NCBI GenBank assembly: GCA_008690995.1
Contig: VRMN01000003.1
Span: forward strand, 2,046,001 to 2,110,000
Length of the DNA stretch: 64,000 nucleotides
Direction: 5' to 3'
Source: Porphyridium purpureum
Taxonomy: Eukaryota
The stretch's first letter is position 1. Every line of letters starts with the position of its first letter. Both the position numbers and the translations under genes were made by a program. Positions 1 to 11,357 of the stretch are shown here, piece by piece. The notes beneath the pieces are model-generated. The model did no database searches, was not told where the DNA came from, and saw only the letters and a list, made by a program, of their open reading frames with translations.

Positions 1-686
1 TGTCCGGCAAGCATTGGGCACGACATTCGGGCGTGCATTTGTGCACAAGGTCCCACATGCGATTGGGCACACCTTCACAAGCTTAGCGGGGGTGACAGTA
101 CGGATGACCCCGTCATGGTCCGAGCTGAACGTGTGCCATTCGCTCTGTCGAGCACTCCGAACAGGCGACAGTGATCTCGTCACGCACATTTGCGAGTGCT
201 GCATCGTAGCTGCTTGCTACAACAATGCCCATGATCCTCGTTTCTATCGGCACTCGAATAAGATTCTTTGATTGTGCGCAATCACATGCGCACTTGCCTC
301 CATGGCACGCTCTACGACGTCTGGAGCACGACCGCCGTTTGTGCAAGCGACCGCGGATGCAAGACCCACTTGCGTCTTCAGCTCGAGCATGCGCGACACG
401 CCACCTCATCGGCTCCTTCACTTTTGGCGCGAAACGCATGGCCAATGAAACGATAATTACTAATAAAATGAGATTGTTCTAATAGAAGAAAGGAACTTGG
501 CGCCTTCGAGCGCGCGCGCGCGGGTTGGGAGAAGCCAACTTGGTTGAGGGAGAGCGTTTGAGGGGCGCTGGCATGGTTAAGAGAGCGTCCGTTTGCCGGG
601 CTTGCACGCGACATTGCTTTGGCGTTTCTTGGTTGGGAATCGCAGCGAACTAAGTGGGTTTTCGAAGGTTTAGTAAGGGCGGTGGT

Positions 687-3272
687 ATGGCGGGCGCTGC
701 GATGGAAATGACGCGCACGCGCCTGTGCGAACTCTTGTTCGGTCACTCTGGTGGCTCCGACGATCAGACCGCGCAAGAAACACTGCTCGATAAGATTGTG
801 CAGCTGTGTTCGAAGCACGCATTGTCGGCTGACGAGATGTTTGCGCGATGGGAGGCGCTCGCGCTGGAAAAGAATATTGAGGTTAGTACGCCGACCATGG
901 CGCACCTTGCCCAGATCGAGGACAAGCTCAACAAGTCCAAAGCCATGGCATCCGCCTCATCGTCGGCCAAGAAATCAGAAGCAATCTTGGCTCCTGCGAG
1001 CATGATCACTCCGGTTTCGACGGCGAAAGGACGAGGCGGTGGTTTGAGAAAAGGCGTTGCGGTAAAGAAGTCTCCAGCCGCCGGTCGGAAAGGCAGTGCG
1101 CAGACCAAAACCTCCGCAGCGTCCAAAGGGCAAGAAAGCGTGGGCGCTTCGTCTGTCCCGCTGTCCATGCTCAGTACGGACATGTTCTTCGACCTGGACA
1201 TGTACGCAATGCGCGATGACGTGCAGTTGGCACCCAAGAATCTCGCGCGCGCGTTTGATGACGCTGCAGCGATGGAAGATGTTGGTGACGCAAAGAGTGT
1301 GACGCTCGATGCAAACGGATCGAACCCTGCGCAATCGCAGGATCGAGTGGGATTTCGCGGACAGGGCGCTCTGGAAGTGGAGCCGATCTTGGCTGACGAG
1401 GACTGGGACATTTCGAGCGAGTGCGCTGAGGAGCTGCTGCGAACGACAGACTCGGAAGACAAGCTGGTGTCATTCTGCAGTTCGGGATTCTGTACTGATT
1501 TTCAGCGCGTGCATCGCGTCGAGCAATTGCACGTGCACTGTATGAACGCGACGCTCGGTGAATCGTCATCCTTATTTGAAGACACACACTTTCGATACAT
1601 GAACGACCCGCGCTCCATGATGACAACCTTGCTGCGCAGTCGCATCAAGGAGGTTTCCGAGCGCATCTGCACCACAAATCGATGCTTTGAGCCGACTCTG
1701 GAAGCATTTGATACGCCTACACAGCAGCTGCGGACGATTTGTGGCCGCGTACGCTGGGAGCTGGAGCAAGGCAGTGAAGACGACGACATCGACCCAAACG
1801 GTCTTGATGAAAAGGGTAGAGATGGGAAGGAAGACGTGGAGGATGATCAAGCGGCTTCTGCCGCTGCGACCGCAGTCAAGGTTCCGGCAACTAGCACCTC
1901 GCAGTCTTGCGCACAGGTCAAACAGCTCCGCGCCAACGGCAATGCTGTCCTGCTCGAATCCATTGAAGGGCACTGCGTCAAGCTCGACCTAAGCATGGTG
2001 CAGAACAATCTCTTTCTTGTGCGCGGACAAGTCGTTGTCCTGGTCGGCAACAACCCAACCGGACGCCTCTTCCGCGTGCAGCACATTTTGGACTGTGAGC
2101 CCAATTTTGGCGCCAGCCTGAAGCCATCGCTGACAGATAAGGGAGCACACAGTAGTGGCGACCAAGCGGTAAGCACGGGACCTGAGCAGGAGAGCGAAGG
2201 CGGTGCAAGAGGTAGCCATAGCGGCAAAATTGAGTCTGACCCGGAGGCCATGCACATTGACTCGGCAGCTACAGAGAAACCGCGTGCCAAAGAAGATCTG
2301 CATGACTCGGTGCAAACTCTGCGCATTTTGTCAGCCGCCGGTCCGTTCTATCGAGCAGAGAGCAAGACCGAGGAGGAGTCGCGCGACGGGGCTGAAGCTG
2401 ACCCCAGGGCGGGCTCACCGGTATCCGAAGCAAACTCTAAACTGAACTATGGACCTCTGATTCGTGTGCTCAAGACAGCTGTCGTCCGCAAGGCTCATGT
2501 GCTAGTTCTCTTCGGCCCCTTTCTGGATGCCAACGACGCAGCATGGACGGCATCGCTGACAAGCATGACGTATGACGAATATTTTGAGGCGCATATTGTG
2601 CAGCCTGTGCAGCAGTTCTTGCAAAGCAACAGCAGTCCGGGGCTCTGTGTCGTACTCGTGCCGCACATAGACGACGTGCATCATCCATTTGTGGTCCCGC
2701 AGCCTGGCTTCTTCGATTTGGCAAAGGAGGCGCGGCTCGGGGAGTCGGCTTCTCCATCTTTGCCGCAGCTCTGCACGGCAGCAAATCCCGACATTCTGAG
2801 ACTTCGATTTCCAGACGCCTCTGGCGGCGAGATTCTGCTGCACCTTGGCGTGAGCTCCTTGCCGAGCATCGAAAGCATCAGTGCGAACAGCCTGTGCACG
2901 CGCCGCGACCGCATTGGTGAGATGGTGTCGTACCTGATGCACCAGCGCCACTTCTTCCCGATCTTTCCTGTTCCCAGCGGGATCCCACTGGACGCGACGC
3001 TGGGCAGTGCGGCTCTCTCCATGCCGGCGGGCTGGCTTCCGGACGTGGTGATCAACCCGAGCAAGCTGGGCGCATTCGTCAAGCCGCTCGGCCGCGCGCT
3101 CGCCGACGCGAGCAGCGCCAGGCGCGTCGCAATCAACCCAGGCCAGGCCGTTCGCATGGGCACGCGCTCATACGCCGTGATGGATATCCAAGTCCAAACG
3201 CATCGTGACTCAGTCGACCAAGCAGCGCAAACACGCTTCGCGTACAAAGTCGCCATCGAGCGTTTGGACTGA
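687..3272 (+). CDS. POLA2: DNA polymerase alpha-primase subunit B
   Basis: Long ORF from the first ATG (687). OB-fold segment (ICGRV...LVRGQVVVLVGNNPTG) and inactive phosphoesterase domain (AAGPF, LFGPFLD, HHPFVVPQP, QRHFFPIFP, PDVVINPSKL). Confidence 0.88.
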   Translation: MAGAAMEMTRTRLCELLFGHSGGSDDQTAQETLLDKIVQLCSKHALSADEMFARWEALALEKNIEVSTPTMAHLAQIEDKLNKSKAMASASSSAKKSEAILAPASMITPVSTAKGRGGGLRKGVAVKKSPAAGRKGSAQTKTSAASKGQESVGASSVPLSMLSTDMFFDLDMYAMRDDVQLAPKNLARAFDDAAAMEDVGDAKSVTLDANGSNPAQSQDRVGFRGQGALEVEPILADEDWDISSECAEELLRTTDSEDKLVSFCSSGFCTDFQRVHRVEQLHVHCMNATLGESSSLFEDTHFRYMNDPRSMMTTLLRSRIKEVSERICTTNRCFEPTLEAFDTPTQQLRTICGRVRWELEQGSEDDDIDPNGLDEKGRDGKEDVEDDQAASAAATAVKVPATSTSQSCAQVKQLRANGNAVLLESIEGHCVKLDLSMVQNNLFLVRGQVVVLVGNNPTGRLFRVQHILDCEPNFGASLKPSLTDKGAHSSGDQAVSTGPEQESEGGARGSHSGKIESDPEAMHIDSAATEKPRAKEDLHDSVQTLRILSAAGPFYRAESKTEEESRDGAEADPRAGSPVSEANSKLNYGPLIRVLKTAVVRKAHVLVLFGPFLDANDAAWTASLTSMTYDEYFEAHIVQPVQQFLQSNSSPGLCVVLVPHIDDVHHPFVVPQPGFFDLAKEARLGESASPSLPQLCTAANPDILRLRFPDASGGEILLHLGVSSLPSIESISANSLCTRRDRIGEMVSYLMHQRHFFPIFPVPSGIPLDATLGSAALSMPAGWLPDVVINPSKLGAFVKPLGRALADASSARRVAINPGQAVRMGTRSYAVMDIQVQTHRDSVDQAAQTRFAYKVAIERLD

Positions 3273-3545
3273 GGCGCGGCAGAAACGCGTGCTCGATCAT
3301 TTGTCTATCTAAACAACCCTTTTTACATAGACTCTCCTGAGCACAAGAAACTGGAGCAGGCGAGTTGAAAAGTAACGGGAAAAGGTTAAATAAATGGTTA
3401 AATAAAAGGTTAAAAAACGTGGGGTGTGTTTGTTGAGCTTGACGCGCGGGGCGTTGGAGAGATGCTGAGGGGAAAGCGGAGAGACGAGGAAGACGGTGAT
3501 TTGGATGGGATTGATCTGTGGGATTCGACGCAGTAAGTGGCTGCA

Positions 3546-5219
3546 ATGGGCCCGCCGGACGTAGCGCTGGACGCGCTGGATGCAGGGGATGCGGCGCTGT
3601 ATAAGAAGCAGGACGGAGTGGCGGTAGGAGCGCCACATGCGGCGCGCGTGCTGCTGGATGATGGGCGCGATCGCGAGTTCGAGCCGCTGCGGCCTGGCGC
3701 GCGGCACTCCGTCACGCATCTTGCGCGAGCAGATTATGTCATTGAGGCGCTGCTGTTTGTCATGGCGCTCGGTACACGTATGTTCAGAATCGACTCGCCC
3801 ATGGCGACGGTGTTTGATGAGGTGCATTTTGGACGCTTTGTGTCACAGTACGACCTCCGAGAATACTTTTTCGATATCCACCCGCCGCTAGCCAAGCTGA
3901 CGCTGTACTTTGTCGCAAAACTTTTTGGCTTCAGCGCGGTGGACCGCTCTGTCTTCAAATTTCAGAAGATTGGCGCCCATTTCCCGCCAGAGCTCAAGTG
4001 GTTCCCGCTTCGCACGATTTCGGCGGTCTTTGGTGCGCTGCACGCACCGCTCATGTACAGGTGCTGTCGAAAGCTTGCCATCGAGCGCTTAGTTTGCATC
4101 ATGGCGGCGTTTATGATCAACTTTGACATGGTGAACGTGATAGAGTCTCGGCTGATCCTCACTGACTCCCAGCTCTTGTTCTACTGTGGTCTCGCACTCT
4201 ACTTCATGCTTGAGCTCTGGGACACAGAACCATACTCTCGTGCCCGCGCGAAATATGTGCTTCTCGCCGGACTCGCGTGCGGCGGCGCCATTTCCGTCAA
4301 GTACACCGGGCTCGGCACACCTGGCGTCACCGGACTCGTATGCCTGTTCGGGCTGTACTTCCCGGTCTACGGCCGTATCACAGTGCTTGAATGCGTAGCC
4401 ATCGGCGCATACGGACTCTTTGTGTTCATGCTCTGTTTCCAGATTCACTTTTTGCTGCTACCCAATGGCGGTGACGGCGACGGGTTCATGCCAACCTGGT
4501 TTCGCATGTCTTTGGTTGGCGATGCCGCGTTCAAGCAAGGCTCGGTGCGACCTTGGTTTCCAAGAAGCGTGACCCATCTCGCCGTGGAAATGGTGCGCGC
4601 GAGCGCGCGAATCAAGAACACGCACAACTGGGCGTCCATGTGGTACTCATGGCCGCTCACACAGCGCGGCATTTTGTACTTTGTTGACGGTACGCGACAC
4701 ACGCACCTCAGCGCGTCAAAAATTTACTTGATTGGCAATCTGTCTGTCTATGCTTGTGTGGTGCTCGCGCTCATCGTCTTTGGTGCCTCGCAGGCCGCCA
4801 TGTTGCTCCTCGTGCTTGTGCGAAGGTTACGAAAACGGCCCGGCAGCGGCAACAGCATCAACATCAGTAGTAGTAGTAGCAGCAGCAGCACGGGTAGCAA
4901 TCTGCTAGGAAGTCATCGTATATACGCAGCAGTCGGATGGTTTTGCACGGCCGGGTGGCTGGTCAACATGGTGCCGTACCTCGATATCACGCGAGCCACC
5001 TTTTTATACCATTATTTACCAGCGTTGTGGTACGGAATCATGCTCGCGGCATGGATGCTGCACGTCTTTGTCCGTTCCCAGAAAGTGCGAGTCCCGCTCG
5101 TGCTTGTCTTGATGACCATCTTCGTCGCAAACTTTGTCTATTTTGCGCCCTGGGTGTACAACATGGAAATCTTGAACACCGCCCACAAACAGCGTCAGTG
5201 GTTTTCAAGATGGAACTGA
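3546..5219 (+). CDS. Dolichyl-phosphate-mannose:protein O-mannosyltransferase (GT39, PMT/POMT family), lacking the MIR domain
   Basis: VFDEVHFG catalytic DE motif, FFDIHPPLAKL, ESRLILTDS, SVKYTG, YLIGN, FLYHYLPAL; multiple TM helices. Confidence 0.9.
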   Translation: MGPPDVALDALDAGDAALYKKQDGVAVGAPHAARVLLDDGRDREFEPLRPGARHSVTHLARADYVIEALLFVMALGTRMFRIDSPMATVFDEVHFGRFVSQYDLREYFFDIHPPLAKLTLYFVAKLFGFSAVDRSVFKFQKIGAHFPPELKWFPLRTISAVFGALHAPLMYRCCRKLAIERLVCIMAAFMINFDMVNVIESRLILTDSQLLFYCGLALYFMLELWDTEPYSRARAKYVLLAGLACGGAISVKYTGLGTPGVTGLVCLFGLYFPVYGRITVLECVAIGAYGLFVFMLCFQIHFLLLPNGGDGDGFMPTWFRMSLVGDAAFKQGSVRPWFPRSVTHLAVEMVRASARIKNTHNWASMWYSWPLTQRGILYFVDGTRHTHLSASKIYLIGNLSVYACVVLALIVFGASQAAMLLLVLVRRLRKRPGSGNSINISSSSSSSSTGSNLLGSHRIYAAVGWFCTAGWLVNMVPYLDITRATFLYHYLPALWYGIMLAAWMLHVFVRSQKVRVPLVLVLMTIFVANFVYFAPWVYNMEILNTAHKQRQWFSRWN

Positions 5220-5272
5220 TTAAAAACGTGCATAGGCAAACCCCAAATCGCTCTTGCCGCTCGCTGCTTTGG

Positions 5273-7654
5273 CTACTTTGTGAGCATGGCGCGGAAGTCA
5301 GCCTGCGACAGAGAAGGCTTGCTACCGCTTGTTTCGGTGCGAGCTTCGGTGGTTGTGGTGGCGCCAGGTTCGGCAGGCATTCCATTCTGGGCGTCGATTG
5401 TCAATCGCATCGCCGGCTGCTGCGCAGGAGCCGGCGCAGACCCATACATAGCACTGAAACCACGATGCAGCCGCGGCGCCTGCAACGCTGATGCTGATCC
5501 CACGGCTGTCGAAGCAGCCTTTGGCGGCTTGGACCTGAGCACAGATATTTTTCGACCGTGAAGCTCAGAACCATGTGCCGCCAAAGCAGCCTGTACGCCT
5601 TGCTCCGAGGTAAACTCAATATAGGCAAACGCACGGCTACCATCCTTGGTGTGCTTGAGACGGATCTCCTTCAGGTCCGGCAGCCTTCCAAACACCGCTG
5701 CGAGCTCTTCTGCCGTGGTATGCTTGTCAAGTTGGCTTACATAGACGGTGCACTGGTCATTGTACCACGTCATGGCACTAGACTTGGTATCGTGACGAGC
5801 TTCCATCGCACCAAGCGCTTCGCTTCGCCCTGCGCTGCCGCTCGGTCGAGTCGTGCGTGCTTGAGAAGAATTCTGCTTCTCCACAGACTGCCCTGACGTC
5901 AGAGCATGCTCACCATTTAAATACTGAGAGGACATCGCACTGGCGTCAGCAAACGCCTCCTGCTGTTCAGAGTGAATGCGCTTGCGCTTTGCGGGGACTG
6001 CGGCCGCCGCGCGACCTAAAGAACGATGAATGCGATCCTTTTCCTGCTGGCGTACAAGTGCCACGCGCCTTTCGATGGCCGCGCTCGCTTGTTGAAGCCA
6101 GTTGCTACTATCTGCAAAGACGGCTTCAGTCTCCATCCACTCTTTTCCCAGTAAAAGAACGTCAGATTCAGTACTCAACACGGATATGCCGCGGCGAAAG
6201 AGCTTGCGCCACCCAAAGTCCTGATGCCTTTTGTGAATGTGTTCTTCCAGCCGCAAGCACGCCAGCCAAACGCTAACTTCCTTACCAAAACGCCCCGAGA
6301 TTGCCTTTTCCATGTATGTTCGTGCCATTGCTGTGTCGTCCGCGACCAGCACGAGCATACGACACGCGAGAAGCAGCAAGGACACGTTATCGAGCGTCAA
6401 CGATGAAAAGAGGCGCGAGACAAACGCCGTGAATTGTGCATGGTCGTCTGCTCCAGGGACCAAGGATCTCCGAGCAAATTCCAGCAAGGTGCGACGCGCC
6501 TTGTCCCAAATCGAGTGGGCTATTGCGGGTGCCAAGACTTGCCCCTGTTCTGTGAGTGCGATGCAGCGGTCTAAGAATTGCTCCGCTTCTGCGAAAGGCA
6601 TGCCATTGGTCTCGAGCGCATCGATGTACGCGGCGGCTATATCGCCAGACATGGGCAAGTTTCGAAGTGCGCGCGATAAAACGCCGAGCTGCCGCTGCTT
6701 GTCCTGGAGCACGGAATTCATCACGTGCGCGTACCGCAACCATGGGTATTCGCTGTCAAAATGCAACGAGACCATCCGCTCTAAGAGTACAATGGCCCGA
6801 TTTGGATCGGCCTGGATTTCCAGAGCAAGATAGTTCTCCCACGCGCTCTGCACGCTTTCATTGTACGCCCCACCACTGGCTGAGACTGCCGCATTCACAA
6901 GCGCCTCGCAATGCTCACGCTGCGCTACCATGCTTCGCACACTCTCAACAGTCGCAGCGAGCTGTTCCAACAAGTCTGGAAACTTCACTCGCGTTTCGTC
7001 TACCCAGTCTTCGTAGTTAGCGAGCGGCACGCGCAGAATTCTCTGCCATACTGCGCGCTCTTGTCGCAATTCATCGTCAGCTGCGGCTTCAACAGCCAGC
7101 CGGCAGGTCCACATTCTGGCACCCTGTGTGAAATGCGTGGCACATTTCGCCATAAGCTCCGAGTCCATTCTGCCGCGCATCTGGGCCATGGTTTCCAATC
7201 GCAGCTCGTAGCGCGTCGCGAGAATCTGCATACCCAACAGTGCCAAATCCACCGACACATAGTCTCGCAGACCGGTATGTACCAGCTTTAGCACTGCCTC
7301 TGTAGCTGCATCCAAGCGCTCCTTGTCGTAGTCTATAGGCGAGTCGTCCTCTTGCTCGCTATCTTGCGGCATGACCGCCTGGACGTCCTCGAGCTCATCC
7401 TCAACCCACGCGATCCAGAGCTCAGGCGCTAGTGGCAGGCGCTCGTGCATGTCTGTGCGCGCGGCAAGCAGCGCTCGCTTCATGCAGGCCCAGCCAACGT
7501 CACTGGCTTGTGACTGTGCACTGTCTTCAGCATAGTGACACGTGGTGCAAAAGCGCCTTTCTGCGTTCCGCAGCGCAGTGACGTATAGTTCGTGGGCCGA
7601 ATAGTTTAGCGGCTGCTCCGCAACCACACGGCGCAGCTCCTCGATCTGCTCCAT
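5273..7654 (-). CDS. SART3: SART3/Prp24-like U4/U6 recycling factor (HAT repeats + RRM)
   Basis: N-terminal HAT/TPR-like repeats (PLAPELWIAWVEDE, DYVSVDL) and C-terminal RRM (TVYVSQL...RAFAYIEF), ending in the LSm-binding-like motif LSQADFRAML. Confidence 0.8.
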   Translation of the reverse strand: MEQIEELRRVVAEQPLNYSAHELYVTALRNAERRFCTTCHYAEDSAQSQASDVGWACMKRALLAARTDMHERLPLAPELWIAWVEDELEDVQAVMPQDSEQEDDSPIDYDKERLDAATEAVLKLVHTGLRDYVSVDLALLGMQILATRYELRLETMAQMRGRMDSELMAKCATHFTQGARMWTCRLAVEAAADDELRQERAVWQRILRVPLANYEDWVDETRVKFPDLLEQLAATVESVRSMVAQREHCEALVNAAVSASGGAYNESVQSAWENYLALEIQADPNRAIVLLERMVSLHFDSEYPWLRYAHVMNSVLQDKQRQLGVLSRALRNLPMSGDIAAAYIDALETNGMPFAEAEQFLDRCIALTEQGQVLAPAIAHSIWDKARRTLLEFARRSLVPGADDHAQFTAFVSRLFSSLTLDNVSLLLLACRMLVLVADDTAMARTYMEKAISGRFGKEVSVWLACLRLEEHIHKRHQDFGWRKLFRRGISVLSTESDVLLLGKEWMETEAVFADSSNWLQQASAAIERRVALVRQQEKDRIHRSLGRAAAAVPAKRKRIHSEQQEAFADASAMSSQYLNGEHALTSGQSVEKQNSSQARTTRPSGSAGRSEALGAMEARHDTKSSAMTWYNDQCTVYVSQLDKHTTAEELAAVFGRLPDLKEIRLKHTKDGSRAFAYIEFTSEQGVQAALAAHGSELHGRKISVLRSKPPKAASTAVGSASALQAPRLHRGFSAMYGSAPAPAQQPAMRLTIDAQNGMPAEPGATTTTEARTETSGSKPSLSQADFRAMLTK

Positions 7655-8051
7655 GCCTGCTTGCGCTGACGCATCTCACCGAGTCTGGTCCAGGCGCAGA
7701 TATGGGCTTTCATTTCTGCATGTACCTGGCGAACGTGTGGTTTAGGGGGGCTGGAGGTGGTTTTCAAGTTCCGGAAGATTGTGCTTCATGCAGGAATTGA
7801 CGGTCTGTCGCGGCGGCTCGGCGATCCGCCATAGAATGCATTCACTCTGCGCGCGCGTCCACGTGGAGACAGAAAACGGTGACTGTGATCATGACAGTAA
7901 AGGGGAACAGGCCAGACTGGCAGCGAGAAAGCGGGAAGCCGACTTCTTTTTCTTCAGAATTTTTTTTTTTTTTTTGGGGTGGTCTTGGATCTTTTAACGC
8001 AAAAACACGCCGGCGAAAAATTGCGCGGAATACACAGCGGGCGTTGCGAAA

Positions 8052-8528
8052 TTAGCATCCTACGGTTGAGGTCTTACCCGAGAGGATGAGGGCGACGATC
8101 AGGCCGTACAGTGCCAACGCTTCTGCGAAAATGAGAATGAGGATCATTCCGACGAAGAGTTTTGGCTGCTGCGCCGTGGCGCGTACGCCGGCGTCGCCGA
8201 CGATTCCGATGCAGATGCCAGCCGCGAGGCCCGAGAGACCGTTTGCGAGTCCGGACGCCAGGTGGGCAAAGCCCATGAAGTACGGGTAGCCGTCCTCTGC
8301 GACCTGTCCGACGAGGATGACCGCGACGATGAGTCCATAAATACCCAGCACACCCGCCATGACGACGGGGATGATCGAGCGCATGACGAGCTCCGGCCGC
8401 ATGACGCCCATGGACGCGACGCCGACGCCCGACTTGGCGGTGCCGTACGCGGCGCCCAGGTTCGAAAACACGAGCGCCGCCGCGGCGCCCATGAACCCAA
8501 AGAACGACGCCGCCGGTGGACACGACAT
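8052..8528 (-). CDS. VHA-c: V-type H+-ATPase 16 kDa proteolipid subunit c
   Basis: Canonical motifs [55 protein letters not shown]. Confidence 0.98.
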   Translation of the reverse strand: MSCPPAASFFGFMGAAAALVFSNLGAAYGTAKSGVGVASMGVMRPELVMRSIIPVVMAGVLGIYGLIVAVILVGQVAEDGYPYFMGFAHLASGLANGLSGLAAGICIGIVGDAGVRATAQQPKLFVGMILILIFAEALALYGLIVALILSGKTSTVGC

Positions 8529-8948
8529 CTTGATCTGCTTCTCCCGACTCCCCTTGACAACCCCCCCTTATTCCCTCCTGTCTCCCTCCCTCCTAACCCA
8601 CACACACACTCCTACACCCTCACGATCTACCACTCCACCCCACCCCTCCTCCTCATCCTCATCACCACGCCTAACCACTAACCATCATCGTCTCTACCGG
8701 CAGCGGCTAAAGTTCCTGTTTTTCCCCCCTGCAACGCCGCCACCCGTTATTTATTTCCCTGCTTATGGCGCGCCGTATGATAAAAAATACAAACCGCCCC
8801 AACGCCCCCTGGTCCAACCCGCGTTCGGTACAACTTCCTACTAAAACAGCCCCACTTTATTGGATCGGTTCCCCTTACCCCTCTTACCCCCCATACCCCC
8901 CCCTTCATACTGGTTTTGCCTCATTCTGATAAGGCCAAGCACTAGCAC

Positions 8949-8993
<45 letters not shown>
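8949..8993 (+). repeat. (TAG)15 microsatellite
   Basis: 15 perfect TAG units read directly. Confidence 0.97.
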
Positions 8994-10721
8994 GTAATAG
9001 TGGTATGTTGTGGTCTTGGTATTCTGATTTTCATCGCTGTCTTGTTATGTGTTGCGCGCAGCTGGTGGTTGCTGGGTTGATGCGTGGCGTCCGTTGATCG
9101 ACCGCAGAGGGAGGTACAGTAGGGTGTACATTGGGGGTGGGTGTACCGCGGGAATTCTGCGGTACAGTGGCAGGTCCTAACCCTAAACACGAAGAGCGTG
9201 TGTGAGTGTGTGTGGGTAGGTGGTGCGCCATGAGAGAGGGGAGAGATATTCTCCGAGCTTCGTAGCTTCGTGCGTACGGAACGCCGTGGTCTCGCGCGGC
9301 GGCAGGGTTCTGCGTGTGAGTAGCGATCGCGTACGCTGTCCCTACATCCCGGTGTGAATGAAGCGAGAGGGAATCGATGCCTCACGCGGCTGGTTGCATG
9401 GGTGCCGCGCGCATTCTGTCGTGCAAGAGGCGCGCACCGGCCACGCCGGTACGTGGTTCGAGCCAACAAGTTCACCACACAAGACCAATGCGACGGTTGA
9501 ACGGTGCGAATATACGTGCGGAGGGGCTCGGCACCGCCACTGCGCAGCAATCTACATGCATCCACCCACTTTGCGCCGCGGTTGCACAGAGCTACAAAGG
9601 TCGCCGCGCCCGGTAAATCTTCCCGGTATCTTGCCTCGCGCGTCTGGTCACGTGCTCGACGTTTTGTCTGCGCTTTTGCCCAGCACTTCTTGCGCCGAGA
9701 GCTAGCCCCTTCTGGTTTCCTAGCGCGTCACGCCCGAACGCAACGGAAGCGTATCGATCCTCATGTGGCAGATATCGCGTCTCGTTCCAAATCCTACCTC
9801 CCCCTCACTCCATTTCTCCGCGGTGGCGCCAAGTCGGCCCCGGGCTTGGACCGTGGTCGTCCTCCGCGCGTCTGACACCAACACGCATGGAAGCAAGCCA
9901 GCGCGCGCGAAACCATGCGGCGAGAAGTCCCAGTGGCCACAACCTGACCGAATTCAAAACGTTCGTGTTGCGCGCGCATGGACGCAACGCAGCATCGCGC
10001 AGCGTCTACTGAAACAGAGCGGTTTTACTAGGGACTTGGATTCTCCTGCGTGGTGGCGAAAATTTTTTGCGTGCTGTTGCGGCTGGAGTGAGTTGGATTG
10101 CGCCGGGATTGTGGTTTTCGTGCTGCTGCTGCTGCAACTCCTGCTGTTGTGGATGGAGGAGCCGGGGACAACAAGCAGGCTAGTTGTCGCCATTTATTTA
10201 TGTGCGACACAATCTTCTATTTAGCATCTGTCGCGCCGTTCACCCGGTCATCACTTCACCGTTCCACCGTTTCATCCACACGGGTTTCCGCGTGTGTTAT
10301 TACAGCAAGAGGTAGACAGACTTAGCATAGAGCGCGAACGTGGTCGCGTGTGGTTTATGCGGGTATCTTTTCCTTTTTTTCGTTTCCCGCTCGTTCCCTT
10401 TCCGGCCCATTTGAGCGAAAGGGAGGTTTAACTTTCTCCGGCGTTGACCCCGCTCGGCGTGGGAACGCGGACATCGGGTTTCGGCTTTCAACCCGTGGGT
10501 CGCTTGCCATCTGCCAGGCCCGTGTGAGCGCACGAAGAGGGAGGTTCAACAAGAGGCAGGGCCGCAGACAAGTTAGTCTGCGCGAGTGAGACAAGCTGCG
10601 GCGTGAATGTATTGAACTGTGCGGTGGCTACAGAAATCAAGTGGAAGACAACAGGTACGCACAGTGCCCAGGGAGCTGTTCTCGGGTTTGTGCCGAGTGG
10701 GCAATCGGTGTAAAGTGAAGA

Positions 10722-11165
10722 ATGGCGGACAGTGCTGTTAAAGCCGAGGAGCCGCGCCGAAACTCGGACGTCGGCTCTGGCACGCTGCAGGCAACCATGA
10801 CCTTCAAGAAGCGCTTTGACGACGATCCGAGAGGCAATTTGCTCAAAGAAGTTGAGGAAAGGCTGCCGTTTTCGCTGACCCGCCAGAGTGCGGACTCGCT
10901 GGCCGAGGAGGAAAGCGGCTACGTCAGCGATAGCTATGGTAGCCGGTTTGAGCGCAACCAGCAAAACTCGTTCACCGACTTGCGCGAATCAAACAGCGCA
11001 AAGCAGAAGGAGCGTCTCAGTGAGTCGCAGCGCTTGGCGGAGCTGAAAACGTCGGTCCGCAGCGAGGCGCGCGCCAGCCGGAGGAAGCTCGCGCTCGATA
11101 AGAAAAAGAGCTCGGGCAGCTCAGCGAATAAGCTGCGCTTTTCGCTGCGCGCCGCGCTGAGCTGA
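10722..11165 (+). CDS. Hypothetical charged/coiled-coil protein
   Basis: 147-aa ATG ORF with coding-like codon usage; no recognisable domain. Confidence 0.55.
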   Translation: MADSAVKAEEPRRNSDVGSGTLQATMTFKKRFDDDPRGNLLKEVEERLPFSLTRQSADSLAEEESGYVSDSYGSRFERNQQNSFTDLRESNSAKQKERLSESQRLAELKTSVRSEARASRRKLALDKKKSSGSSANKLRFSLRAALS

Positions 11166-11357
11166 ATGCCTGACATTTCCTTGCTCCTTGATGCCTCCCT
11201 TCACCGTTATTCATGTTGCCGTCGCTCTCTCGCTCAGCGCTTCACATCGGCGTCTGGCTTTTACTTTCCTACACATCGGAATAAAGCGAGGAAATGTTTT
11301 GTTGCTCGATCTGAAGTGTGGGGATCCAAGTTGTCGCACCGACGTTCTCTGTGCGGA

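Noticed and set aside
1..480. Short ORFs at the window start
   Set aside because: No recognisable protein; a truncated gene cannot be supported.
8948..9565. 205-aa ORF ending in poly-Tyr
   Set aside because: Artefact of the (TAG)15 microsatellite; no coding signature.
9921..10040. GAGAAGTCCC ... GGGACTT resembling the P4 helix of RNase P/MRP RNA
   Set aside because: The pairing lacks the bulged U, the spacing is short and other conserved regions are absent.
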